From positions 8,060,001 to 8,124,000 of the forward strand of contig OZ024763.1 in assembly GCA_964016885.1 (NCBI GenBank): 64,000 bases of DNA, in the 5' to 3' direction. Shown here piece after piece: positions 12,105 to 26,595 of the stretch. The stretch's first letter is position 1. Each line of letters starts with the position of its first letter. The stretch comes from Eledone cirrhosa. Its lineage: Eukaryota. Below the pieces are notes generated by a model. It was given only the letters and a program-made list of their open reading frames with translations. It was not told the DNA's origin and ran no database searches. Made by a program: the position numbers and the translations under genes.

Positions 12105-12292
12105 GGGCGGTGGATTGGCAGTATTGGTAGAGGGCTGGACGCCATGCTTTGACGTATAGAGTTACGGCCCTTGCCTTTCTGAGTTCAAATCCCGCCGAGG
12201 TTAACTTTGCCTTTCATCCTTACGGGGTCGATAAAATAAAGTACCAGTAATGCACTGGGTAATTGCTGGCCTTGTGCCTAACGTAGAAACAA
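12105..12292 (+). mobile_element. tRNA-derived SINE family C (Meta-domain-like body); other copies ~27570-27760, 36624-36830, 50153-50335, 50875-51012, 51614-51790, 61679-61790 (all minus)
   Basis: B box gagttcaaatcc; body actttgcctttcatccttacggggtcgataaaataaagtaccag; tail ggccttgtgcctaa.gtagaaacaa. Confidence 0.85.
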
Positions 12293-12731
12293 CTATATAT
12301 ATATATACAGAAGCACATACATAAAATACACGACATGTGGCATGAGGAAGGGGATCTGCCCATAAAACATTACCTCTAACAGTTCTATCCAGATGTAAAA
12401 CAAATGATGATGGTATGTATGTGATGATGATGATGATATATGTGTGTGTGATGATATGTGTGTGTGTGTGATGATAATGATATGTATGTGATATGTATAT
12501 GTGTGTGGTAATGATATGTATGTGTGTGTGTGTGTGGTAATGGTATGTATGTATGTGTGTGTGGTAATGGTATGTATGTATGGGTGTACACACACAAAGC
12601 TGTTACTTTACAAATGTACTAAGTTCTCTATTTCTATGAGATAGTCAACTTTAATACACTATACACACATGTGTATATACACACATATATATACACCCAC
12701 TCACACATATATATTTCTATATACACCCACT

Positions 12732-12776
<45 letters not shown>

Positions 12777-13519
12777 CTATATACACACATATATATATAT
12801 ACACCCACTCACACATATATATATATATATATATATATTTCTATATACACACACATATATATATACACCCACTCACATATATTTCTATATACACATATAT
12901 ATATACACCCACTCACATATATATATTTCTATACACACACATATATATATATATACACCCACTCTCACCAACATATAACATATATTTTAAAAAAAACTTG
13001 TTAATAAAATAAAATAACTGCCTTAAGCAGCTATCAGGTTTCCCTCCATGGCCAGCTCTATTTTTAAACTGTTGCAGCAAAGGATGGTGGTAGATGGCAG
13101 CACCATTCACTGGCACTGGCACCACCACCACCACCACCACCACCACTGCCACTATCATCAGTACCACCACCACTGACATCATCACCGTCATCATTATAAC
13201 CACCACTAACACCACCATCTCCATCATAACTCCCCACCACCACCTGTACTACCACCATCACCACCACCACCACCACCACCACATCCACCACTAGCATCAT
13301 CATCATCATCAATAACACTTCCTGCATTAAGAAAAAAAAGAAGGAAGTTACTATAGTTACCAACTTATATAGTCACTACTACCACCACCACCACCACTAC
13401 TACATGACCACACCCCCATCACAACCCCACCACCACCACCACTACCATCATTACTATATCACCACACCCCTATCATTACCCTCCCTTCCACCCCCACCAC
13501 CAAATCCCAAGTAATTAAC

Positions 13520-13593
13520 CAGTGATGTAAGAGAACCGGTTAGTTGGTTCGTTAGTGAAACTATCAAATGGGATCAGATTGAAACAACAACAC

Positions 13594-13624
<31 letters not shown>

Positions 13625-13670
13625 ACCAACAAGAAGATATTACACCGAGATTTTGGCGGGAATTTCGAGA
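13520..13670 (-). promoter_or_regulatory. Candidate TAF10 promoter / non-coding first exon
   Basis: Local CpG-containing unique island; E2F-type TTTTGGCGGGAA at 13651-13662; possible donor CTG|gttaat at 13518-13519; the ATG exon begins with an acceptor, so an upstream exon is required. Confidence 0.4.
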
Positions 13671-14038
13671 AACGACTTTTACATAGAAACACATATACAT
13701 TGAATTATATATATACACACACACATATATATCTACATTTATATATATATATATACATACATACATATCTACATTTATATATATATATATATATATACAT
13801 ACATATCTACATTTATATATATATATATATACATACATACATATCTACATTTATATATATATATATATACATACATACATATCTACATTTATATATATAT
13901 ATATACATACATACATATCTACATTTATATATATATATATATATATACATACATATCTACATTTATATATATATATATATATATATACATACATATCTAC
14001 ATTTATATATATATATATATATATACATACATATCTAC

Positions 14039-14089
<51 letters not shown>

Positions 14090-14098
14090 CATATCTAC

Positions 14099-14141
<43 letters not shown>

Positions 14142-14310
14142 CATACATACATATATACATATATACATACATACATACATACATATATACATATATATAC
14201 ATACATATATACATATATATATACATAGAGATACATACATACATATATACATACATACACATACATTCACATACATACATACACACACACATATATATAT
14301 ATATATACAC

Positions 14311-14872
14311 ATTATCATCATTTTACGTCCGCTCTTCCCTGCTTGCAAGGGTGGGATGGGTCCTATTCAGCATCTCTCCACTCATCACGGTCCTTCGTCA
14401 TCTCCACCGTGAGCTTCAATGATCTGAGGTCTGTTCTCACCACCTCCGCCCATGTTTTTCGTGGTCTACCTCTACCACGTCTTCCTTCAACTGGCATTTC
14501 CTGGCACTTCTTCACCCATCGGTCATCCTCCATGCGCATCACATGTCCATACCACCACAGTCTCCTCTCCCGTACACTACATTCTATCCCTCTCAGACAC
14601 AGTTTCTCTCTCAACACATTTATGCTATGCTGGGTCATTCACGCACATTTACACTGCACATCCAACGGAGCATGCTTGCCTCATTTCTCTCCAGCTGTTG
14701 CATATCCTCTGCAGTTGCTGCCCATGTCTCACTACCATGCAGCATTGTGCTCCGCACACAGGCATCATACAACCAGCCTTTCGTATGCAGGGAGAAACCT
14801 TTCTTCGTCAGCAGAGGAAGCAGCTCCCTAAACTTCTTCCAACCCGTCCTTATTCTAGATACTATGGCCTCG

Positions 14873-14874
<2 letters not shown>
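14311..14874 (-). mobile_element. 5'-truncated RTE-clade LINE 3' end
   Basis: RIRTGWKKFRELLPLL...YDACVRSTMLHGSETW and RRLWWYGHVMRMEDDRWVKKC...GRRGRGRPRKTW in two frames (frameshift near 14637); 3' UTR ends in (GAT)n. Confidence 0.92.
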
Positions 14875-14932
<58 letters not shown>

Positions 14933-15389
14933 GTACACATATGGGTGGGTGGGAGCGGACAAACAAAGCAAAAGCCTAAATTTTCTTTAGTCCGTTCCCC
15001 TCCACCCATAATTAGCTCAGAAACATTACCTTTTACTCAATTTTGCTGTCTGATGAAATCACAACATCTATTGTCATTGAGATATGTATTACAGACGGTT
15101 TGCCAGTTCAGTGGATGGGAGCAATGAGAAATAAAAAGTCTTGCTCAAGGACACATCACAACACTGGGAAGGGATCACAAGCTTAATACCCAACCACTAA
15201 ACCCTAGTTTAAAATAAGATCAAAAGATGATGCCGTTCTATATTAGACCGGAAACTGTATCAACCCTCCATATCTCCCAGATCTCAGTCTGGAGTGTCAA
15301 CCCACCAGATCTCAGTCTGGAGTGTCAACCCACCAGATCTCAGTCTGTCAACTCTTGAGATCCCAGTTCACCTTCCTGGTCTTTCTTAG

Positions 15390-15428
<39 letters not shown>

Positions 15429-15481
15429 CACTTGTGCACATATATAAACACAAACACATACAAATACATACACATATATAT

Positions 15482-15512
<31 letters not shown>

Positions 15513-16948
15513 CACACACACATATATATACACACATATATATATATACATACATACACACACACATATACATACTCACACATATATACATACACACATC
15601 TATACATACATACACATATATACATACACATACATATATACATACACATACATATATACATACACACACACATATATACATACACATATATACATACACA
15701 GAAAATCACTTAATTGACCTCCCCCTCCCCTCCTCAGACAAACATCTTTAATCCAGTCTACAACAACAATTGATCTCATTTGATCTGATTACAGTATTTG
15801 GTCACTGAGCCATGTAACCACCACCTCCTCCACCACCACCACTACCACCACCACAACTATTGTTACCGTCACTACCACTACTACCACTATCACCACCACC
15901 TCCACTACCACCACCACCTCCACTACTATTACAACTGCTACTACAACAATCATCACCAACACCACCACATCCAGTTGTAGAAACTGATTTAACCCTTTAC
16001 CATCGAGATTACTCTATATATACTATTGTATTTTCATGGTAAAGACTTTACCTCACATAATATCTCACATAACATTTACATTACTCTATATATACTATTG
16101 TATTTTCATGGTAAAGACTTTACCTCACATAATATCTCACATAACATTTACATTACTCTATATATACTATTGTATTTTCACAGTAAAGGCTTTACCTCAC
16201 ATAATATCTCACATAACATTTACATTACTCTATATTTACTATTGTATTGTAACAGTAAAGGCTTTACCTTACATAATATCTCACATAACATTTACATTAC
16301 TCTATATATACTATTGTATTTTCACAGTAAAGGCTTTACCTCACATAATATCACACATAACATTTACATTACTCTATATATACTATTGTATTTTCACAGT
16401 AAAGCCTTTACCTCACATAACATTTACATTACTCTATATATACTAATATATTTTCACAGTAAAGGCTTTACCTCACATAATATCTCACATAACATTTACA
16501 TTACTCTATATTTACTATTGTATTTTCACAGTAAAGGCTTTACCTCACATAATATCTCACATAACATTTACATTACTCTATATCTACTATTGTATTTTCA
16601 CAGTAAAGGCTTTACCTCACATAATATCTCACATAACATTTACATTACTCTATACATTCTATTGTATTTTCACAGTAAAGGCTTTACCTCACATAATATC
16701 TCACATAACATTTACATTACTCTATATATACTATTGTATTTTCACAGTAAAGGCTTTACCTCACATAATATCTCACATAACATTTACATTACTCTATATC
16801 TACTATTGTATTTTCACAGTAAAGGCTTTACCTCACATAATATCTCACATAACATTTACATTACTCTATACATTCTATTGTATTTTCACAGTAAAGGCTT
16901 TACCTCACATAATATCTCACATAACATTTACATTACTCTATATATACT

Positions 16949-17296
16949 GGAGGCACATGGCTTAGTGGTTAGAGCATTGGCCTTGCAATCGAAAGGTTGT
17001 GAGTTCAATTCTCAGACCGGGTGATGTGTTGTTTCCTTGAGCAAGACACTTTATTTCACATTGCTCCAGTTTACTCAGCTGTAGAAATGAGATGATAGGG
17101 ACTGGGGTCCATATCATACCACTGAAAAGTGGTCGTGGAGGTGCCACGGCAAAAAAGCACCCAGCACTCACTGTAAATGAGGTTGGTGTTAGGAAGGGCA
17201 TCCAGCTGTAGAAATCAAGCCAGCATCAGTTCCCGTCCCACCCTTGCAAGCAGGGAAAAAGCGGACGTAAAATGAAATGATGATGATGATGATGAT
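16949..17296 (+). mobile_element. SINE family A, copy 2, inserted in the 72-bp satellite
   Basis: Near-identical to 1522-1860; the satellite resumes in register with a short atact duplication. Confidence 0.92.
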
Positions 17297-18520
17297 ACTA
17301 TTGTATTTTCACAGTAAAGGCTTTACCTCACATAATATCTCACATAACATTTACATTACTCTATATACACTATTGTATTTTCACAGTAAAGGCTTTACCT
17401 CACATAATATCTCACAACATTTACATTACTCTATATTTACTATTGTATTTTCACAGTAAAGGCTTTACCTCACATAATATCTCACATAACATTTACATTA
17501 CTCTATATATACTATTGTATTTTCACAGTAAAGGCTTTACCTCACATAATATCTCACATAACATTTACATTACTCTATATATACTATTGTATTTTCACAG
17601 TAAAGGCTTTACCTTACATAATATCACACATAACATTTACATTACTCTATATATACTATTGTATTTTCACAGTAAAGGCTTTACCTCACATAATATCTCA
17701 CATAACATTTACATTACTCTATATATACTATTGTATTTTCACAGTAAAGGCTTTACCTCACATAATATCTCACATAACATTTACATTACTCTATATATAC
17801 TATTGTATTTTCACAGTAAAGGCTTTACCTCACATAATATCTCACATAACATTTACATTACTCTATATATACTATTGTATTTTCACAGTAAAGGCTTTAC
17901 CTCACATAATATCTCACATAACATTTACATTACTCTATATATACTATTGTATTTTCACAGTAAAGGCTTTACCTCACATAATATCTCACATAACATTTAC
18001 ATTACTCTATATATACTATTGTATTTTCACAGTAAAGCCTTTACCTCACATAACATTTACATTACTCTATATATACTAATATATTTTCACAGTAAAGGCT
18101 TTACCTCACATAATATCTCACATAACATTTACATTACTCTATATATACTAATATATTTTCACAGTAAAGGCTTTACCTCACATAATATCTCACATAACAT
18201 TTACATTACTCTATATTTACTATTGTATTGTAACAGTAAAGGCTTTACCTTACATAATATCTCACATAACATTTACATTACTCTATATCTACTATTGTAT
18301 TTTCACAGTAAAGGCTTTACCTCACATAATATCTCACATAACATTTACATTACTCTATATATACTATTGTATTTTCACAGTAAAGGCTTTACCTCACATA
18401 ATATCTCATAACATTTACATTACTTTATATATACTATTGTATTTTCATGATAAACGCTTTATCTCACATAATATGGAATCTATGAGATTTTGATATTATT
18501 CATTTTAAGAACAATACCTG

Positions 18521-18830
18521 GCAAGCAGCTCAGCGACCGTATCTGTATCAGTGAGCCGCTCAACATTACCAAACTTAGACCAATTACATCAATTGTCAAG
18601 TCAAGAGTACTCAAACTATACGGCCATATAAAAATATCAACTCGTGGTGTTAGTAGGTTATGTCGGGAAGGAAGGTTGGCTGGTAAGAGAAGCAGGGGCC
18701 AGCAGCCAACACGATGGCTTGACAATGTCAACTTATGGACTGGACTTGATCTTTGAACTCTGTTACTGGTGATTGAAGTTTGTGGAGAGAGATATCACAT
18801 GTTAATGTGCAGTCCGCAGCTGGTGGAGTT
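18521..18830 (+). mobile_element. RTE-like LINE 3' fragment
   Basis: IVKSRVLKLYGHIK...EGRLAGKRSRGQQPTRWLDNVNLWTG. Confidence 0.75.
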
Positions 18831-19606
18831 TAACATGATAAGAAGACCGTAACATCAATCTGAGTGGCAAGTTACGACCGGTTTGAACAGAAAGAGGAGA
18901 GAGAATTCTAGCCGGATACGGTCAGTTTAAATCCCAAAGTGATAAGGTATTGACTAGGTATGTAACAACCTATCCAACCCATACCAACACAGAATAGTGA
19001 TGATGATGTATGTGTGTATGTATGGCTTGAGGGAGATATAGCTATGGTTTCTAGCAAATCCAGCAACAGTGTAGAGGCTCCCGTGCTTCTTGCTAAAATG
19101 TTTTGATAAATTACAACCAAAATTCCAGCAGGAACTGGTTGAAGACAATGAAAGACAGAGAAAACATGAAACTCACCAAATATAAATAATATATTATTTT
19201 AATGGTGGTAGTGGTGTGATGGTGGTGTTGTGATGTGATGGTGATGGTGGTGGTGGTGGTGGTGGTGGTAGTGATGGTGGTGTTGGTAGTGGTAGTGTGG
19301 TGGTGGAGTGGTGATGGTGGTGGTGGTATGATGGTGGTGGTGGTATGATGATGTTGGTGATGGTGGTAGTGGAGTGGTGATGGTGGTGGTGATGGTATGA
19401 TGGTGGTGTTGGTAGTGGTGTGGTGATGTGGTGATGGTGGTAGTGGTAGTGTGGTGGTGGAGTCATGGTGCGGTAGTGTGGTGGTGGAGTCATGGTGTGG
19501 TAGTGTGGTGGTGGTGGTGGTATGATGGTGGTAATGGTAGTACTGGGGATTGTAGGATAGGCATGAAACTGAAATCCACACACCACCACATATGTGTGTG
19601 TGTGTG

Positions 19607-19665
<59 letters not shown>

Positions 19666-19719
19666 CCATACACACCTACACAAGAGTAGCAAAAACATTG
19701 AAAGGTTAAACACACCCAT

Positions 19720-19753
<34 letters not shown>

Positions 19754-19858
19754 ATATATCTCACAGACCAAACTAGACTAAAACACTGCCTATGACTAAA
19801 AGTATAGATAGATAGATAGATACATATATATATATATATACTGCTTATGACTAAAGGT

Positions 19859-19894
<36 letters not shown>

Positions 19895-19911
19895 TGCTTA
19901 TGACTAAAGGT

Positions 19912-19942
<31 letters not shown>

Positions 19943-19960
19943 CTGCTTATGACTAAAGGT

Positions 19961-19994
<34 letters not shown>

Positions 19995-20011
19995 TGCTTA
20001 TGACTAAAAGT

Positions 20012-20147
<136 letters not shown>

Positions 20148-20217
20148 TTAATAACTGGTGCCTTACAATCGCTAGTAACCCCAAGCGACTGAGGTAGATG
20201 ACCCATTAGCTGGCTGG

Positions 20218-20446
20218 GGTGGCCGGTGCCTGAGCATGTGTGTAGTTTCAGATCAGGTGGTCGGTGCCTGAGCATGTGTGTAGTTTCAGATCAGGTGGCC
20301 GGTGCCTGAGCATGTGTGTAGTTTCAGATCAGGTGGTCGGTGCCTGAGCATGTGTGTAGTTTCAGATCAGGTGGTCGGTGCCTGAGCATGTGTGTAGTTT
20401 CAGATCAGGTGGCCGGTGCCTGAGCATGTGTGTAGTTTCAGATCAG
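20218..20446. repeat. 38-bp minisatellite, 6 copies
   Basis: ggtgg(c/t)cggtgcctgagcatgtgtgtagtttcagatca. Confidence 0.93.
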
Positions 20447-20866
20447 TTAGAAATGAGATAGCCCAGCAGGGAGGCTTGGTATCTTGGGATTAATCAAAGT
20501 TGTTGTTGGGTGTGGTGTGGTGGCTTGGTGGGGCTTGGTGGTCTAGTGGGGTGGTGGCTTGATGGTGTGGCTTGGTGGTGGCTTGATGGTGTGGCTTGGT
20601 GGTGGGGTCTGGTGGGGGTACTCATCTTTTAGACTTTGGTTTCTCAGTACATGGCATGGAAAATGTCAAACAGTGGAAGTAGATAGGAGGTGGGATGCTG
20701 GTGGTGGTGGTGGTGGTATCCAAAACACACACACACACACACGTGTATGTATGTATGTATATATATGTGTGTGTGTGTGTGTGTATGTGTGTGTATTGTG
20801 TGTATATACATATGTATTTATACACCCATGCTAGCACAGAAAAATGGCCATAAAACAGTGATACAC

Positions 20867-20957
<91 letters not shown>

Positions 20958-21131
20958 TTGTGATTGTTAATTCTGGCAATATTACACAAATATGACCCTC
21001 CCCAAGTATAACAATATATATATATTGTTATATATATATATATATACACACAATATATATATTGTGTGTATATATGACAGTCAAATTAATAATACTACTG
21101 GAGTTTAGTCAACATTTGTGAGTCAAGAAGA

Positions 21132-21492
21132 GTGGGTGGTGGTTGTTGTGGTTGTGGTAGTTGTTGTGGTGGTGGTGGTTGTTGTGGTGGTGGTTGTGGT
21201 GGTGGTGGTTGTGGTGGTGGTGGTTGTGGTGGTGGTGGTGGTGGTGGTTGTGGTGGTGGTGGTTGTGGTGGTGGTGGTTGTTGTGGTTGTGGTGATGGTG
21301 GTGGTGGTGGTTGTGGTAGTTGTGGTGGTGGTGGTTGTGGTGGTGGTGGTTGTTGTGGTGGTGGTTGTTGTTGTGGTGGTGGTTGTGGTAGTGGTAGTTG
21401 TAGTGGTGGTGGTTGTGATGGTGGTTGTGATGGTGGTTGTTGTGGTGGTGGTGGTGGTAGTGGTGGTTGTGGTGGTGGTGGTGGTAGTAGTG
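21132..21492. repeat. (GGT/GTT)n triplet repeat; similar tracts at 19203-19540, 36440-36622, 42405-42690, 51328-51511
   Basis: Direct inspection. Confidence 0.93.
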
Positions 21493-21819
21493 ACAGAAAG
21501 AGAGAAAGAAAGAAGGCAGAAGTGGTTGAGAGGAAAGGAGGGGCGGCAGAGAGAAGCTACAGCTGCTTATTAAGGTCCACAGTTAAAGTAGTTACTTCCT
21601 GTCACTGCCACATTCTATATTTGGTAAAATAGAGAATATACACAACACCAAACAAGGTATTCTTTTACTGGTGTCACTGAACTGTGGCCAGACTGGGGCA
21701 TCACTTTGGTCTGGCTGGGACATCACTTTCGACAAATGATTTTAGCCCTTCATATGAACAACAGTACTTCTTTTACTTTTACCGGTCTCAGTCATTGGAC
21801 TCTGGCCATGCCGGGGCAA

Positions 21820-22255
21820 CCTCTCTGATCTGCGAGCTACAAATCTGTCCAGTGATTCTTTCCTGAGACATTCTAACCACATGTCCATAGTATCAGAGCT
21901 GTGATCTCTCAATTCAGAGAAGTAGCAGCTCTACCTGGAGTGACTCTCTGATCTCTGAGCTACAAATCTGTCCAGTGAATCTTTCCTGAGACATTCTAAC
22001 CACATGTCCATAGTATCAGAGCTGTGATCTCTCAATTCAGAGAAGTAGCAGCTCTACCTGGAGTGACTCTCTGATCTCTGAGCTACAAATCTGTCCAGTG
22101 ATTCTTTCCTGAGACATTCTAACCACATGTCCATAGTATCAGAGCTGTGGTCTCTCAATTCAGAGAAGTAGCAGCTCTACCTGGAGTGACTCTCTGATCT
22201 CTGAGCTATAAATCTGTCCAGTGGTTCTTTCTTGAGACATTCTAATTACATGTCT
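21820..22255 (-). repeat. 123-bp tandem repeat (~3.5 copies) derived from RTE coding sequence
   Basis: acaaatctgtccagtg recurs at 21839, 21962, 22085. Confidence 0.9.
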
Positions 22256-23989
22256 TCGGTTCAATTGCTGGACCAGGTAGCATATTGTGATCTTGAGCAC
22301 GAGGCTCCATTTCACATTTCTCATGATAGAACTGTGGCTTCTATCATTAAAACATCTGAGAAATCTTTGGCATGCATCCTACAAGGAAGCCTGCTAAAAA
22401 TACTGAGGTGAAAAATGTAAAAGTGTTAATTTCATTTTTTTTTTCTGTCTTTTTTTTTTATAATTTATTAATTATTCGTTTTTTTTTTATATTTTAAGAA
22501 AGGTTAGGGCTCTGTAGTTGACTGATATATAATACTTTCTAAATCTTGTTGAAACACTTTTGTTCGTGACTAAAGAGCATGTAGCACGTACACAGTGATA
22601 TGGACGAATGTATAGACGATGATGATGATGATATGTAGGTAGTGGCTGGGTGTGGAAAGGTGTTTCCAAGAATTCCTTCTACACAAAGGTTGTGCATGTT
22701 AAACATATTTGTTCATGACTGGAAAAAGGGTGTGGTTTGAAGAATATTTCAGATTGTTTCATTGATACGAGCTACCTGGCAAGCATGACTGCAAACAGGT
22801 GTAGCTGAGATGGACATAAAAGCTACATTATCAGGTGTAAAATATAGTCGAAGATCTGGCTTTGGGGGTATTTTAAACTTTCAACAACTCAGAGGACATT
22901 TATTTCTTAGAAAAACAATTATTTGTAACTTTTTATCTATATATAATCAAACTTCAAAAGAAAATTGAGACCAACAACAACAACAACCACAACAATGACT
23001 GCAGCAGCAACAACTACTACTACCACTATTGCTGCTACAATAGCAAAAACAACAACAGCTACTCCACCCACATTCAAACAAGAAACTTTGACCCCCGGCA
23101 GTCAAATAACACCAAACTTGTTACATCATCTTAGATATTCAATTTGAACATATCTATTACTTTCTTCCAGTTGACTAAACTAAATTTGTACACAAATATA
23201 TCTCCTGGTAGAATCTATGTGAAAAGATCATATATATTTAGATTCTTATATGTTACTAGATAGAGGGCGTAGCTCAGAGATGAGAGGGTCACTCCAAGTA
23301 GAGCTGCCACTTCTCTGATACTATGGACATGTTTACAGGGCAAAACCACCCGGTAGGAGACCCAGTGGTAGACCCCGAGCAAGATCGTTGGGAATCCACA
23401 CACACACGCATGCACACGAGTTTGAGACAGAAAGAAAGAAACTCCAAAGGTCATACACCCCCCACCCCCACCCCTATCTCCTCCTACCACTACAACACCT
23501 CACTTATATAAATAAAAAGCAAAGGTCAACAGTGCTCTGTGGAAGGGTCGGGAGAGGGGAGGAGGGGGAAGGGTAGAAGGTAGGGGTGTGGGAGGAGAAG
23601 GTGGGGTGTGGGAGGAGAGGGTGGTGGTGGGCCGACAGGGTTGAAAACATACAGGCTATTATTGAAAAAAAAATAAAAACTGACATTAAACATTAAGGCC
23701 TGGGTCTAATTGGGGGTTCACATGCAGGGAGTTTGTCTCTCTTCCAAACTCCAAGAGAGGGAGAGGGTGGGTAAGAGAGAGGGAGAGGGTGGGTAAGAGA
23801 GGGAGAGACAGGAGAAGAGAGGGGAAGAGAAGAGAGGGGAAGAGATGAGAGGGAGAGAGGGTAAGATGAGAGGGAGATAGTGAGATGAGAGGGCCCTTAA
23901 ATCCTGATGGAGTCATAGGGGTGCTTGGCCATTTTAACAGCAACAACAAGCAACAATACCAACACCAACAAGTAACTGCAAGAAAAATA

Positions 23990-25070
23990 ACACCAACAGT
24001 CCAACAACAGTCCAACAACACCAACAGTCCAACAACAACATCCCAACACCACCAACAGCCCAACACCACCAACAGCCCAACACCACCAACAGCCCAACAA
24101 CACCAACAGTCCAACACCACCAACAGCCCAACACCACCAACAACAACAACAGTCCAACAACACCAACAGTCCAACACCACCAACAACAGTCCAACAACAC
24201 CAACAGCCCAACAACACTAACAGCCCAACACCACCAACAGCCCAACACCACCAACAGCCCAACACCACCAACAGCCCAACACCACCAACAGCCCAACAAC
24301 ACCAACAGTCCAACACCACCAACAGCCCAACACCACCAACAACAACAACAGTCCAACAACACCAACAGTCCAACACCACCAACAACAGTCCAACAACACC
24401 AACAGCCCAACAACACTAACAGCCCAACACCACCAACACCACCAACAGTCCAACACCACCAACAGTCCAACACCACCAACAGCCCAACACCACCAACACC
24501 ACCAACAGTCCAACACCACCAACAGCCCAACACCACCAACAACAGTCCAACAACACCAACAGCCCAACACCACCAACAGCCCAACAACAACACCAACAGC
24601 CCAACAACACCAACAGCCCAACAATACCAACAGCCCAACACCACCAACAGCCCAACAACACCAACAGCCCAACACCACCAACAACAGTCCAACACCACCA
24701 ACAGCCCAACAACAACACCAACAGCCCAACAACACCAACAGCCCAACAACACCAACAGCCCAACAATACCAACAGCCCAACAACACCAACAGCCCAACAC
24801 CACCAACAGCCCAACAACAACACCAACAGCCCAACAACAACACCAACAGCCCAACAATACCAACAGCCCAACACCACCAACAGCCCAACAACAACACCAA
24901 CAGCCCAACAACACCAACAGCCCAACAATACCAACAGCCCAACAACACCAACAGCCCAACAACGCTAACAGCCCAACAACACTAACAGTCCAACACCACC
25001 AACAGCCCAACAACAACACCAACAGCCCAACAATACCAACAGTCCAACAACAACACCAACAGTTACCAAC
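23990..25070. repeat. Compound CA-rich satellite (caacaccaccaacagcc variants)
   Basis: ~17-bp variable units over ~1.1 kb. Confidence 0.9.
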
Positions 25071-25719
25071 AGCAAGAAGAAGAAGAAAGCTGGTATATTT
25101 GGTTAGTTGGGATAAAAGCAACATCTTTGATAAGAGAAACTGGCCTCCCTGTCCTATCTAGAACATTCCATCAACATCTGTTTTTACCTCCACCTAAAGA
25201 AGAAGAATCTCCTGACAGAGAGGAGGAGTGAACTGTGTCAGAGAGTGATGTCATTTCTTACAATTACTGGCCCACACCCTACTACCACCACAACACACCA
25301 AACGCCCATGCTCACTCCTACCCTATTGACAACCCAACAAATACCCACATCCACTCCATTTCCACAACCTACCAAACACTCCCAGCCTCCCCTCTACCCC
25401 CTCCATCAAACCCCACTTCATTCCTACAACCCACCAAACTCCCACGGCCTCCCCTCTACCCCACCAAACTCCCACACCCACTCCATTCCCACAATTATAG
25501 CAAACGTCTTTAAACTTTTAAAAATCAAGTCACATTGGAGAAGCACTTTTATGTGTAGCGTAAACCAAAGCAAATGAATAAAATAAAGCTGTCATCATAC
25601 AAAGCTATGAAAACAGATTTTATTTAATGTGCTTTTAATGCTTTAATGTTTTCCATTATAAGCATTTAACCTTAAATAATGGCAATATTAGGACAACATA
25701 ACCCTCCCTATTATTGAGC

Positions 25720-25962
25720 AGTGGGTCAGATGAGGTGAAGCTACAAGCCAGATTTGAGCTGTGGGTCAGATGGAATGAAACTACAAGCTAGATTTGAGTT
25801 GTGGGTCAGATGGAATGAAACAACAAGCTAGATTTCAGTTGTGGGTCAGATGGAATGAAACTACAAGCTAGATTTGAGCTGTGGGTCAAATGGAATGAAG
25901 CTACAAGCTAGATTTGAGCTGTGGGTCAAATGGAATGAAGCTACAAGCCAGATTTGAGCTGC
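25720..25962. repeat. 40-bp minisatellite, 6 copies
   Basis: tgtgggtcagatggaatgaaactacaagctagatttgagc. Confidence 0.92.
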
Positions 25963-26367
25963 AAGCCAAATAAAATAAAGTTAGAGGCCAGATTTGATTT
26001 ACAGGTCATACAAAAATAAGAGGTGAGTGTGGTGAGTGGAGGTTCTAGAGAAGAAGTTCTCGAAAACATTTGGGCCAGGAGTATTTAGCAAAGTAGAACA
26101 ATAATAACGAGTTCTTTACATTCTTCATAAGTTATGTCAAATGTAAATAATGGTGTCGGGGTGGGGAGAGAATAATTAGGCACTTCGTAGATATAGTTCA
26201 TAAATATATATATCAATATATTTACATACACACACCTATATATATATATGAATGAACAGATGAATGTATATACATACACCTATATATATATATTATATAT
26301 ATATACACACATACATATATGTGTGTATATGTTACACACATATATATATACATATGAATTAACATAA

Positions 26368-26516
26368 GTATCAGAGCTGTGATCTCTCAATTCAGAGAAG
26401 TAGCAGCTCTACCTGGAGTGACTCTCTGATCTCTGAGCTACAAATCTGTCCAGTGATTCTTTCCTGAGACATTCTAACCACATGTCCATAGTATCAGAGC
26501 TGTGATCTCTCAATTC
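26368..26516 (-). repeat. ~1.2 copies of the same 123-bp unit
   Basis: Same sequence and junction as the 21820 array. Confidence 0.88.
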
Positions 26517-26595
26517 TAGCAAAGCTCATTTTAGATAAATATAAACCCTTTATTGCAAAACATGAGCCTTTTCCAGACAATTTGGTGTTAAAAGG

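Larger units (their letters stand above)
15989..18941. mobile_element. PB1 MITE expanded by a ~30 x 72-bp internal array, with SINE A and an RTE fragment nested inside
   Basis: Starts ttaacccttta; array 16020-18470; MITE body resumes 18470-18520 and 18850-18941 around a LINE fragment. Confidence 0.82.

Noticed and set aside
16026-18411. 332-aa and 322-aa ORFs of 24-aa repeats (YFHSKGFTSHNISHNIYITLYILL)
   Set aside because: Artefact of a stop-free 72-bp unit inside a MITE; interrupted by a SINE; non-ATG starts
19136-19180. Minus-strand donor gtgagt and acceptor ~40 nt apart
   Set aside because: Implied intron is too short and the adjoining sequence is triplet repeat with no credible coding frame
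21132-21632. Gly/Cys-rich ORF resembling keratin-associated or metallothionein-like proteins
   Set aside because: Translation of a (GGT/TGT)n triplet repeat with no codon diversity
23686-25124. Long Cys/Trp/Val-rich and mucin-like ORFs
   Set aside because: Low-complexity CA-rich satellite open in several frames; unit lengths not multiples of three
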